From: Chrysomallon squamiferum
Taxonomy: Eukaryota; Animalia; Mollusca
Assembly (NCBI GenBank): GCA_012295275.1
Contig: CM022676.1
Span: forward strand, 8,370,001 to 8,434,000
Length of the DNA stretch: 64,000 nt
Direction: 5' to 3'
Part shown: positions 1-27,214 of the stretch, in pieces
Layout: every line of letters begins with the position of its first letter
Numbering within the stretch: position 1 is the first letter of the stretch
Translations under genes and position numbers: made by a program
The notes under the pieces: generated by a model
Databases searched by the model: none
Told to the model about the DNA's origin: nothing
The model's input: only the letters and a program-made list of their open reading frames with translations

Positions 1-135
1 ATACATACACACATACACAGACACACACATAACCCCACACTCTCAAACACTCACACACACAAGCAAACAACGCCCCCCCACCTCCAGGACACGCCTTATT
101 CACTCAGCGTATTTTAACAGTGACTCTGAACTTAC

Positions 136-13967
<13,832 letters not shown>

Positions 13968-14479
13968 TGTGACATCTGAGCAGATAAAGCAGACTTATAA
14001 TCCCCTGGACGATTCCATTTCCTCTACACACAGAGGGATGACAGGCTGCGGGAGACAACACTTTTTATCTATTTTAAGCGATATTTAGATTCTAAATGAA
14101 ACAATCTCAATTAAAACAGAAACTCGACGCGTATTCTTGCAATCTTTAATATTTTTAGTCAGTAAAAAATGTGCTTGTTATGTGTACGTATGTACGTATC
14201 TGTATGCATGTATGTACTGAACTTTTGTATGTATCTTTTTTTGTGTGTGTATATATATATATATATATAATTACGTATTTATGTTACTATTATTACTGTT
14301 ATGTATATATGTAAATGTATGTGTCATGGTGACTAGTCTGAGAGGTATAAATACCTAAAATTTGACTCGTCGCGTTTAAAGAGTAGCAGACTATAACAGT
14401 GTCACGTGACAAGGTGTTAAGTATCTGATACAGCTTAAACTTCTAAATGACTATTCTGTATCCATTAAATACAGCAATT

Positions 14480-14566
<87 letters not shown>

Positions 14567-15098
14567 TGTGTTTCACATAAATTAACCAACGATTCGAACG
14601 ATTCAACATAAAAACAACTAGATAATACTAAACTAATTAACCCCAGTTAGTTACTTTAACTTTCCAACTAGTCTTTTAGTTATTAACATGCGTCATCTTA
14701 GTCTTCTAGGCGTAAGTACGTACCACAGAATAAAACAATAAAATATCCATCAGAACTAGATTTAGCTATCTTAAATCAATTAACATTTAAAACATAATCA
14801 CCATTGCCTGACTGGTCCTTTGTCTTGCGTAGACGGCCCTCATACAACGTGACGCAAGAAGGCGCATTGATCAAAAAGATCTCGTTCAAAACGCGTGGCG
14901 AATACTTACAAACATCGCGCGGACGTTCAGTAAACACCTCTGCAGACAGCCTTTCTGAATTTACTTTGGAACTTAAACGCCAAATTTGAGTTTGTTAATT
15001 CCAGTGTTTCTACTTTAAATGGGTATACAAACATGAGTGTTTTGTGAATATTATATAATTCACTACACATAGAATATAAAAATATGAATAAAAAACAA

Positions 15099-15132
15099 GT
15101 CTGGCAAAGAGGCACCAATGGGGTTCCGTCAC

Positions 15133-15136
<4 letters not shown>
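15099..15136. repeat. Short dispersed repeat followed by (CA)n, copy 1
   Basis: gtctggcaaagaggcaccaatggggttccgtcacagta is identical at 17546-17583; both copies are followed by CA tracts. Confidence 0.8.
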
Positions 15137-15219
<83 letters not shown>

Positions 15220-16864
15220 CAACACACGAACACACACTATCTCTTAATATGGAAATACTTTATATCTTGAAAATAACTTAATCTTCAGTAATCCCTTCGC
15301 AAATACTCTGCTATCTGAAAACAGGGATATGTGTATATTTGATATTTTCTACACACGCTTATTTCTTGTGTATAAAATATTGACTATTTCAAGTATTTAA
15401 CTTTATGTTTTTATCTACTAGAAAGTGTCCTGGCAAAAATGTAATTACTGATGCAACAAATATATTTTTATATGTGAAGGAAGAATATTATTATAAACAG
15501 ACAAACCTACCTACCGACATACATATATATATACATATATCATACATACATATATACATATATACATACATACATAAATACATATATATATTCATAAATA
15601 CGTACACACATACATACTTACAGGCATACATACATACATACATACACACATACACACATACACATACACACATACATACATACACACATACACACATACA
15701 TACATACATACATACATACATACATACATACATACATACATACATACATACATACATACACACATACATACATGCACATACATACATACATACATACATA
15801 CATACATACATACATACATACATACAGACATTCAGACACAAACATTTTGAAACGGACCTACGTTTAATTATTGCGCAATTTGTTTTCATTCGTTTAAAAA
15901 CAAAATTAACAATTGTATCAATAACCTTTGACCCTGCATGACGTAGTTTAGTCAAGCTGCGCAGTTCTTGCAATAAACAAACAAGCTATCAGTTATTTCG
16001 CTACGTGATATATTTATAAAGACCAGGATATTAACGCTTATCCCCCTTGAAACAGACGAGGCTACCGGATTTTTTTTTTTTTTTTTTTGTTAGAGAGCGT
16101 GACTGTCGTCTGCTAACTACATATTCTATATCACTGAGGCAGATTCCGTTTCGTTTCGTTTCGTCTTGAGTCACGTAAATTTCTTCGTCAAAACGGAAAC
16201 ACATCAAAAATCGGACGAGACGTGAGACGTGAATCACCGATCGGAAAGTCGTCGGTGTTTTGTACACGTGGATTCCTGTTGACTGTTTACTGGGCCGGAC
16301 CTTCAGTTAACTTCGTGCTGTTTACTACTTTGTGATAGGACGATGTTTGATTACATTACCAATATTGCACGCGTCCTGATAGAGTGAAAAATATAGATTC
16401 GTTACAATATATATATATATATATATATATAAGAAAATATAAATTATATTGATACTGTCAGTAAATCAAATACGTTTTTTCACAACCATTATTTATTAGA
16501 CAATAAGTTAATAATATAAATGAATATAATATAATATAATATAATATAATATAATATAATATAATATAATATAATATAATATAATATAATATAATATAAT
16601 ATGTTGGTGTTCAGTAACACATAAGACAAGTACGACCATAACTATTAATTTTGTTATTTTAGTATTTTGGTAATCATGATGATGTTTTAGCAGTAGTAGT
16701 ATATACACCAACATATTACATTATATTATATTATATTATATTATTAACTCAATGTCTAATCAACAACAGAAGTAGTAACAACAACAAAAACACAATAACA
16801 CAACAACAACCACAACAAAAATACTACTACTAATAATAACAGAGATACAGTTATTTTATTTCGG

Positions 16865-17586
16865 TTAAAATTCAGAAGAACTGCAAACCCGAGCCATTTC
16901 TGTCTGATTTCCTAAACGTTTTGTCGCCGATGCCATTACGTCAGAGTTTTTCTTCTTGCTTTTAACAGTCAGGCGAAGATTCAGTACAATTTCTTTTATA
17001 AGTTTTCTGACATATTTCATTTCCTTTGACAAACGTGAAATTTTATTCGCGAAAACATCAGGATCGACTGTACCTGAAAATAAAATAAAATAAAATAAAA
17101 TAAAATAAATTAATTTAAATTAAATTAAATTAAATCAAATTAAAATAAATAAATAAATATACTCGGGCATATACAGCATACGTACATGCATATAAACACA
17201 AATTACATACATGCATAATACATACTTGCTTATATACATACATGCATACGTACATAATGTAGGTTCGTACATACCTACATGCATATATACATGCATACGT
17301 ACATACATCCATACATACACACACATACGTAAATACTTGCTAGTGATTATACGAAGTAACATTTAAAACATACAAAGTAATGAATGGCTTTTCTAATTTA
17401 TCATCTTTTTATAATTCTTTCCTTTCTTACGTTCTCTCTAGGCTGTCTCTTCCATCCTTCTTGCTAATCCACTCACTCATTCACTCACTCACTCACTCAC
17501 TCGCGTATTCACACACCTTCTCATCCATGAAGCACCCACCCACCCGTCTGGCAAAGAGGCACCAATGGGGTTCCGTCACAGTATGT

Positions 17587-17625
<39 letters not shown>

Positions 17626-18002
17626 CACAGACACACACACATACATACACCAAGCAAAGTTCACCCGCCACCCCCACCTACCTGTTCACCCACACACACA
17701 CACCCACTTACATGTCTCCAACTTGAAATTTCGTATCTTCAACTCGATCAGTTCCAGAGAGTTTCTAAGCGAATCGAGGTCAAACAGAGAACTCCCAGAC
17801 CGAGACTCCAGAGTCAAGAATATTTCAGAGAGTGATTCCAGTTTCTTCTCTAGAATCTCTGTGTTCCGTGGTGACGATTTGACCTTGTTGCTGACCTGCT
17901 GTTGTAGCTTGGTTTTAGTTAGTGATGTGCAGAGGTTGGCGAATTTCAGGTCTGGAAACTGACTTGTTTCCTCTGTGTCTCTTTGTCTGTTGTCACAGTC
18001 TG
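16865..18002 (-). CDS. Uncharacterised small protein, last two coding exons (helical/coiled-coil-like); 5' exons uncertain
   Basis: Exon 17712-18002 (ttctag| ... ACAT|gtaagt, 97 open codons: DCDNRQRDTEETSQFPDLKFANLC...LEKKLESLSEIFLTLES...LELIELKIRNFKLET) joins in phase 1 to exon 16865-17073 (ttttcag|: CTVDPDVFANKISRLSKEMKYVRKLIKEIVL...SSEF*). A candidate first exon is MVAKLTFL|gtaagta (ATG at 19441), but I could not phase it with certainty. Confidence 0.55.
17546..17583. repeat. Short dispersed repeat followed by (CA)n, copy 2
   Basis: Identical to 15099-15136. Confidence 0.8.
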
Positions 18003-18060
18003 CTAGAACAAAGAGTTTTATTATAGAATGCTATTTTGTAAACAATGTGTGTGTGCGAGA

Positions 18061-18114
<54 letters not shown>

Positions 18115-18256
18115 CAAAGAGAGAGAAATACTTTAGATAGATAAAGTGATAGGCAAACCGATAGATAGATAGATACACATTTACATGTGTGGGTGTACGT
18201 GTCTCTGTGTGTGTGTGTGTGTGTGTCTGTGTCTGTGTGTGTCTGTGTCTGTGTCT

Positions 18257-18313
<57 letters not shown>

Positions 18314-18775
18314 TGTGTCTGTGTGTGTGTATGTGTGTGTGTGAGTGTGTTTGATATAGGCTATTCCTTTTTGTTGAGACCACATCGTTATCTTGTGTAT
18401 CTGTATGTATGTATGTATGTTTACTAACAACAACAAAGACAACAACAATAATAACAAAATAAAAACAACAACGACAGCAACGGCGACAACAACAGCAAAA
18501 ATAACAACAACAACAATAATAGCAATAATAATAGTAATAATAGTAATAATAATAATAACCAAGTAATAATAGCATATGACAAATACTTTACATGATAACC
18601 GTGCGTGTTTGCTCAGGTTTTACCTTTATCAGTGACCTAGAACACTGCTTGTTTATGACACAGCTGAAGGCAAAACTGTGAAGCTATATTAACAGATTAA
18701 GACAGATATGTTATCAGTTAGCTTTAATGCTGACATTTTATTAAATTAAAATGGGGAAAAAATGATGTTTTTAGT

Positions 18776-18819
<44 letters not shown>

Positions 18820-19217
18820 TCTTCTTCTTATTATTTTTTTTAATCCATTTCAAGTGAATTATGTTCAGTTTATGTCTATTTGTTAGAAGAATCGTTTTAT
18901 AGAGGTGCGTGCTTGTGTGCGCGTGTGTCTGTGTGTGTATGTATACATCATACATATGGGTATGTATTTAAGTATGTTTGCACGTGTGTGTATTTTTATG
19001 TGTGTATATGTTTACATTTAAAGTCCTATATGTAGTTAATGACGCACCACATAATTATGGTCAAAAGAAATCTTCAGTGGACATGGATTTTCTTGTCTGT
19101 ATACAGAAGTTATCTTTTAAGAATAGTTTTTCACAAGCAGGACAGCCCACACCACGACTTTTGATAAAAAAAAACCTCATGCAACTTTGGCTGGAACGGA
19201 AAATATCTCAGCAACAC

Positions 19218-19340
19218 CCTGACGTGAATTGATCCAGGGTTCTACCATTCCTCGGTCACATACGCTAACCCATGGACTACTCAAATGAATTGGTCTCGTA
19301 CTCTACCATGCGTCAGTCACATAATCTAACCAATGAGCCA
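19218..19340 (-). repeat. Two tandem ~60-bp degenerate tRNA-like / SINE-head remnants
   Basis: Minus strand tggctcattggttagattatgtgactgacgcatggtaga..accaattca vs tagtccatgggttagcgtatgtgaccgaggaatggtaga..atcaattca. A-box-like TGGCTCATTGG and a degenerate B-box GGATCAATTC; no clean cloverleaf. Confidence 0.4.
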
Positions 19341-20989
19341 CAACTACCAACCATAGATGAACACAAGTAAATATAATTAAAACAGCTAACAAAAATATTA
19401 AAGATAAATGTACTTACCAAAAAAGTTAATTTCGCGACCATTTACTATAAAGATATGACACAAAAATAACACAAACAGTTCTGAGCATAACGATATAAAC
19501 ATTGGTAAGATTACATACACATATTTGTGTACGTCCCGTTTGAGTAAGTATGTCAGATGTAAGTAACACTTTTCTTAAGCAGTGATTGATCGTTTATTTC
19601 ATTTGAAATTAATTACCCCCACCCCCAGGGCAGTTTTGTTAATTTCAAATCATTGATACGTACACATGTAAGTAAATGACTTGATATGAGTGGTGATTCT
19701 AATTAATATTTGTCTCTTTGCTTGTTTATATAACTATGTTTGTATCTATCTATATCTATATCTATATCTATCTATCGATCTGTCTATATGTATGTATGTA
19801 GTTATGTATGTTTATATATATTTATATATATATATTAAAGATAACAGCAGCAACAAAGTTGTCGACAACCACTGCGACAACAGCAGTTGCGACAACAACT
19901 GTCATAGTAATAATAATAATAACAAAAATAATTATAATAGTAGTAGTAGTCGTAATAATATTAGTTTTATTAATAACAGTAGAAGTGGTAGTGGTAGCTT
20001 AGAAGTAGCAGTAGTAGCAGTAGAAATAGTAGTGGTTATGACGGTAGTAGTAGTAGTAATATTGGTAACATTAATAGTGGTAGTATAAGTCCTCGTAGCT
20101 GTAGTAGTAGTAGTAGTAGTGGTAGTAATGTTAGCGACAGTTGTAGTAATAATGATAGTAATAATAATAAGAAGAAGAACAATAACAAGAACAATACAAG
20201 AACATCATTTATAGAAAATATAAAAACAACAAAAAATTTAAGTAGCTAAAACATTTTTACTTCCTGAATGTTAAAGATGATTTATATAATCATGAAATAA
20301 TTTTCTTTGTTTTATATTTTATTTCTGCCTTAATTTTGACACAATTTTTTTTATTATTTCTCAGAACAATATTTACAGTTTGTTTGTGTCATTAATGTAT
20401 TAAAACATTTTAGTTTCTACTTAATTACATAACTTATATACAGTCATACACACCCAAGCATGCAAAATCACAACAACAACAACAACAATATAAAAACCCA
20501 ACACCAAACAAAACGAAAAAACCAAAGACAGAGATATACACATATATTCCGAATATACGCACATAAATACATACATACATATACATCACATACATACACA
20601 CATACATGCATACATACATATATAAATACATATACACATATAATTATCATTAAATTTAAAGAGTAATGATGCTTATGACAATAAGTAAACAAACAAAAAT
20701 AAATAAATAATAGTAATAATAATAATAGTAGTAGTAATAGTAGTAATAGTAATAGTAACAATAATTATAATACAGCAACAGTAACATAATAATAATAAAA
20801 AAATAGTTATTTCTAAAAAAAAATGTTCAATGTTTCTCCAAATGATTACGGTTTCCTTTCTAAGAAATTATTTTTACCTTACTTTTTTTTATTGTTTTTT
20901 TTAAAATTAATTAATAATTAATTAACTCATTGTTTTTCCTCACTATTATTTTCTTTCGGAAAATCATTCTTTCTTAAATTGTTTAAAGC

Positions 20990-23703
20990 TTAATGTCTTT
21001 TTTCAAACCATCTGAACTCTGACCTTTTCACGATGACGCAAAATCTCAGGTTTTCCTCGTCAACTCTCACGGCCCATGGTTCTTTGAGACCGTCTCTTTC
21101 ACTGATCACGTGACCCTTCATTTTCCCTTCCTTTGAAATTAAAATGACCCTGTGTTCTTTCGCATCCGCCAGAAAGATATTGTCCTTGGAATCTGAGCAC
21201 ACGCCTACGGGCAACAGTACGGATTCCGAGCTGTACGTAAAGATGACGTCACCCGATTGTGACACGCAGATGAGCATTCTGGATATGACGTCACAAATAA
21301 GGATGTCGTCAGAGGAAAGTACGTTCGTGTAGTATGGGCTACAACGCACGTCATTTATCAAAGGGAGGTCGATTTGTCTCATCACGTGACCGTTCATGTT
21401 TAGAATATCGAGAGTTTCGGGATTTTTCAGTTCACAACAGACAAACTGTGAACTGACTGGAAGATAAGATATTATGTAGTACGGTCTCCGGGTTTGAATA
21501 CATCGCTTTAGTTTCAGCTCCGGCGTCACCTCCGATATGCAAATGAACATCGCCGATCTGAACGTCACGGCCAGTCTCTGTTCGTTAATCTTCGTGATGC
21601 GGACCGGAGCATAATCTAGTTCCAGTCTGTAGCACGTGTCGAAATCCGGGAACGATTTGATGGATTTGTTGCTAGAGTCTACCAGAACCACCACGCGGTT
21701 GTTGTCGACTGTAAACAATTCCAGGTCCCCCGGGGTGGGATCCTCGAGGTCGATATGGACCTTAGTGGAGCAGTGTTCGTCAACGCTAGACCAGAGTTTC
21801 GTTGACAACGAACACGATGTAACGGGGGTCAGGCGCAGTTTGTCACTCAGAAGAGTAGGAAATGAAACTGGCAGAGGTTCTGTTGTGTTGTCGACATCAG
21901 CAGTTTGTCGACAGACGTCAGCCGACGTCTTGTTACTTCTGTCTTCATCGTCTGATCCAGACGTAAGTGACGTAGAAGAAGCATCAGTATCGTCGTCGTT
22001 GTCATCGTCGTCAGTAGAACCGGTATGAAGAGAGGCAACCGTAGCAGAAATAGATGTTGTCGAAGAAGAGCCGGTAGTAGAATTAGTGACAATTGCAGTA
22101 GTCGCAGTAGTGGCAGCCGTAGCAACAGCAGCGTTAGCAGCTACTGGAGTAGTAGCAGACGTAACAGCAGTAGTAATAGCAGCAGTAGAAGTACTAGTAG
22201 TAGAAGCACTAGTAGTAGAAGCACTAGTAGTAGAAGTATTAGCAGTAGAAGTATTAGCAGTAGCAACTGCAGCAGCAGTAGTAGTATCGATAGTAATAGC
22301 AGCAGTTGTAGAAGTAGTTGCAGTCGTACCAGTAGTAGTAACAGCAGCAGTGGTAGTAGCAGCAGTGCTAGAAGTAGTTGCAGTAGTAGAAGTAGTTGCA
22401 GTCGTAGCAGCAGTAGTAACTGCAGTAGAGATAGTAGCAGCAGTAGTAGAAGTAGTAGAAATAGTTGCAGTCGTACCAGTATTAGTACCAGCAGCAGATG
22501 TAGTAGCAGCAGTAGTAGAAGTAGTTGCAGTAGTTGAAGTAGTAGCAGTCGCAGCAGCAGTCTTACTAGACGTTTCGTTTTCCGGTTTCCTAGATCCTTT
22601 ATCTTTATTGCTGCCTAGAAGATGAAAACTTTCAGAATCATCACCTACATCTGCTTCCTCCTGATCTCTGCTCTTTATAAATTCACTGATTCGGTGTTCT
22701 GACGTGGACATTTCTTTTCCTTTGGAATCAGAGTTCGCTGACTGTTCGGTTTTGACCTCTTTGCAGTTGTCGACAAAATCATCGTCAATAACAAGAACGT
22801 GCCCCAACCCTTTCGATATCGCGGGCAGGGAATCGGGCACGAATGTTATCTTAGGGACAAGGTTCGAAGCAGGTGAGCAGGAGAGCTGCTCCGTTTTCCA
22901 TCAGCTGTGAGTAATCATTGACTAGCCGGTGATTATAAACCACCGACTCCTGCTCCATCATTTCGGAAAGCTTCTCGATATTCTCTTCCGCCGTCTGCGT
23001 TATTTCTCCCTCCTGCGACTTTCTCTCCTTTATTACAGAAGTTTCCAAAGAACAAACGGCGTCGACTTCCGACCTCAGAGTTTGTTCCCTTTCCGTCAGC
23101 TCGTTCCAGTCGTACGCCGAAGTGTTCTTCTTCATTTTGTTCCAGACGTCCACAGACGTCTGCTTGACGAGGATCAGCGCGTCCTTCCACTGCTTGTTTA
23201 ACACACGCAGCTTCTTCTCCTCCATCTCCGTCTGAAAGCTGGCAAGAAATCTGACGCATTTCCACAGTTCTAAGAAGTGGTGTTTCGACATGGCGTTTTC
23301 TTGAATATTCGAACCGCCAGAATTGACTGTGTTTATTTCTGAAATTATGGATTAAACCTGTTTTAATGAGGTTTTTTTTTTATTTATTATTTAACTAAGA
23401 ATAAATGAGTTATCATTTAGAATGACATAAATTACGTTGTGTTTGTCAATAAATGATTAAAGTATATATATATATATATATAACACCGCTGTAAGATGCC
23501 TGTCAAACCGGCAATATCTTTCTCTGTTTCTATATCCCCTTTTTTCTATCTGACTGTCTATATAGCTGCATCTCTGTCTATTCATCTACGTGTTTCTCTT
23601 TCTATTTATACAACTATATGTCTGTCCTTATATGTGTCTGCATCAAATAACCATTCAGCCAAAATATTCATCTGTTTTGCCATGCATCCAACCTCTCTCT
23701 CTC

Positions 23704-23798
<95 letters not shown>

Positions 23799-24193
23799 GT
23801 CTCTCTCTCAACTCTTCCCCCGCTCCTCTCCCTCCCTCCTTCCTTACTCTCTAAATCTTTTTTCTTTCCAGCACTTAACAAAATAAAAACAAATCCACAT
23901 CACAAACCTTGCTCCACGAAATTCACGGAGAACAGCAGCTGGCTCAGATCTTCATTTTTCTCCAACTTGTCGATCCAGGATTTCCTGTCTTCCATTTCCC
24001 TGATCTCGTAGAATGTTCTGCAGACAGGACAGTGGAACCCTGTCCCAGAATCGCTGGTAATCATGTGGAATTCCGTACACTGTCGGCAGAACGAATGTTG
24101 ACATGGCAGAGTTGCGGGTTCGTGCAAGACGTAGCTGCAGAGTTTGCACAGTAGTAGTTGTTCCTTTAATGTTCTTCGTTGAATAGACGTCAT
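20990..24193 (-). CDS. TRIM-like protein: RING finger, coiled coil, Thr/Ala-rich tract, NHL-like beta-propeller; one frameshift near 22895
   Basis: Exon 1 23908-24193 encodes a C3HC4 RING (CKLC..CQHSFCRQC..CPVC), donor CAAG|gtttgt. Exon 2 starts at 23338 (ttcag|AA) in phase and reads into the 22851-23291 ORF. The 20990-22840 ORF carries NHL-like repeats (PVGVCSDSKDNIFLAD...HRVILIS; EPWAVRVD) in a frame shifted by 1 nt. Confidence 0.8.
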
Positions 24194-24217
24194 CGCTTGA
24201 GAAACGAAGAAATGATA

Positions 24218-24255
<38 letters not shown>

Positions 24256-24532
24256 AATAATAGTGACAAAAACAATAATGATAACGATAACAAGGACAAC
24301 AGAAGCTTCATCAACAAAAGCAAGTATAATAGTAATAATAATAACAATAATAACACCTTCAAAAACAAAAATGATAATGATAATTATTAAAATTTAAATT
24401 TAAAAATAAAATAATAACAATAATAACAATAACGACAACAGCTATAACCACAACCACAACCGCAACCATATCAACAACAACAACAATAATAACCACAACC
24501 ACAAATACAACCATATCAACAACAACAACAAC

Positions 24533-24567
<35 letters not shown>

Positions 24568-25539
24568 GTGTAACAACAATATACCGTCGTTTCAATACAT
24601 TATATTCATTATAGTGTTACTGTACTAAGGGGCGTCTTTACGAAAAATGCTGCCTATGACAAACACTGAAATTGCGCCCCTGTCTAAACATCAGACACCT
24701 ACCTTTTAGATACCTTGACCACAAAATCAGGTGAAAAATACCAGTCAAGTCTAACAGAACATGTTCGGTAACGCCCACTCCTTCACGTGACGTATACTTA
24801 TCTACGTCAGCGACAACACCGCTTTAACAACTGGATATCATCATCATCATCATTATTATTATTATTATATATAATATAATATATAATAATAATAATTATT
24901 ATTATTATTATATTATATTATTATTATTATTATTATTATTATATTATTGTTGTTATTATAGCTGATGCTGTTGTGTTTATTACTGTTATTGTTATTATTA
25001 TCATAATAATTAGTATTGTCACCATCGTCATCATTGTAATGATTATTATTATTAATTTATCATCATCACCAATCATCATCATTATTATTATTAACATAAT
25101 ATCATTATAGTCATCATCACCATTATCATTATTAAGTGTATTATTATTATTGGTAATCAATTTTCGTACACTTATATCCTTAATCTCCCAAAAGGAGAAA
25201 AAGAAACAACAGCAACAACAACAAAAATTAAATGGCTGCATACCTGGATATGTTTTATACCGCTTTCTTCAGTTCGGTAGGTAGATATTAGCTTACAAAC
25301 TGGATACAAGTTTTGTTTATGTACTTCACATTACTCTTTGTACATGGACTTACGTCTACGAATGAAGCTCAAACAATAGTGTTGTTAGTTAAAGATAACA
25401 GTATCGTGGAGATAATAAAAATATAATTCAGATACTGAGAAAGAGAGAGATGTTGACCCGAGTTTAGATAAATAACTAAATAGGTGGAGAAATGAGTGAA
25501 TGAATGAATGAATAGCATAATAAATAAAGAAAAGAAAAG

Positions 25540-25571
<32 letters not shown>

Positions 25572-25850
25572 AATAAAAAAAAAAAAAAAAAATAAATAAG
25601 TGAAAAGTAAAGTGTCCAAATATTTTCTCTGTTTTTTTCTCTGGGTCTGTCTTTCTCTTTGTGTGTACATGTGTGCAAGCGTGCATGCACGTGCGTGAAT
25701 GTGTGTGTGTGTGTTTATATGTATATATGTATGTATGTACGTACGCATGTACGTATCTACAATTGTATTTATCTATCTATCTGTCTATCTATCTTTCTAT
25801 ATCTATTTTTCTATCTATTTATATATATATAAACATTCATGTGTATATAG

Positions 25851-25888
<38 letters not shown>

Positions 25889-26511
25889 GTGTACATATAC
25901 TTACACATACACACACACCAAACATATGCATTTCTTTGCCTCTTCCGCTTCTCCATCTCAATACGTTTTCTTTTTCTTTCCTTTTTTCCATTCTCTTCTT
26001 TCTTTCTTTCTTTCTTTCTTTCTTTTTTTCTCTTTATATATTTATTTATTCACACTCTTTGAGGCTCGTTACCCATCTAAAAGTACATAATATAATATCC
26101 CAGCGTCTGCCACAGTTTGAATGAGAGGCACTGTCAGGGCTGCACTTAAATAAATAATAAATAATCAGAAAAAAAAAAAAAAAAACAAAAAAAAAAAAAA
26201 AAAACATTGTTTCAGATTTTCTTGACTTGGTAAGATTGTGCAGACACATAACTGCGCTGACACCTGTTCATTCATTCATCCTTTAATTCGTTTCTTTTCT
26301 TTCACTTATTCACTGAGCTTGTCTGTCATTCGTTCAAACTAAAAATAAGGAAATAACATAAATAGTTTGATGTAGTCTAATGACGTTTCCCATGCGGAAA
26401 TTCAAGCCACCGACGCCCTCGTTTTAATATTCATGTATGCGTATTGCATGGGAATAGACCTGTTACTGACGTTTGTAAAAAAAAAAAAATAATATATATA
26501 TATAATATAAA

Positions 26512-26556
<45 letters not shown>

Positions 26557-26647
26557 TAAATTTAAATCTGGGTTCGGTTTGATTAACAACCGAAATTATA
26601 TACTATTATTTCACTAGTCCTGATGATACAGCTACGATTACTACTAT

Positions 26648-26687
<40 letters not shown>

Positions 26688-27173
26688 GCTACCACTACTG
26701 CTGCTACTACTATTACTACAACAACTACTATTACTACTGTAATTACTAGTACTAGTACTACCACTACTGCTACTATTACTACTACTGTTATTACTAATTA
26801 TGCTCAAAGTATCACTGCAAAGTAATTGTTCTAGTTGTAGAAAAGGATACCAAAAAAAAAAAAATAAAAATAAAATAAAATAAAATAAATAAGAAAACAA
26901 AATATGAAAAATATAATAAAGAAATAATAATAATAATGATGATGATGATAATACTACTACTACTACTACTAATAATAATAATAATAATAAAAAAAAAAAT
27001 AATAATAATAATAATTAAAGAAAATAAAAAGCAAGCAAAAATAAACAATAAACAAAATAAAACAAACAAAACAATAACAAAAAAAATATAAAAAAAAAAA
27101 AAAAAAAAAAAAATAAAAGAAGAAGGAAAACAAAACAAATAAAAAATTAATAATAATTTCAATTACTATTAAA

Positions 27174-27214
<41 letters not shown>

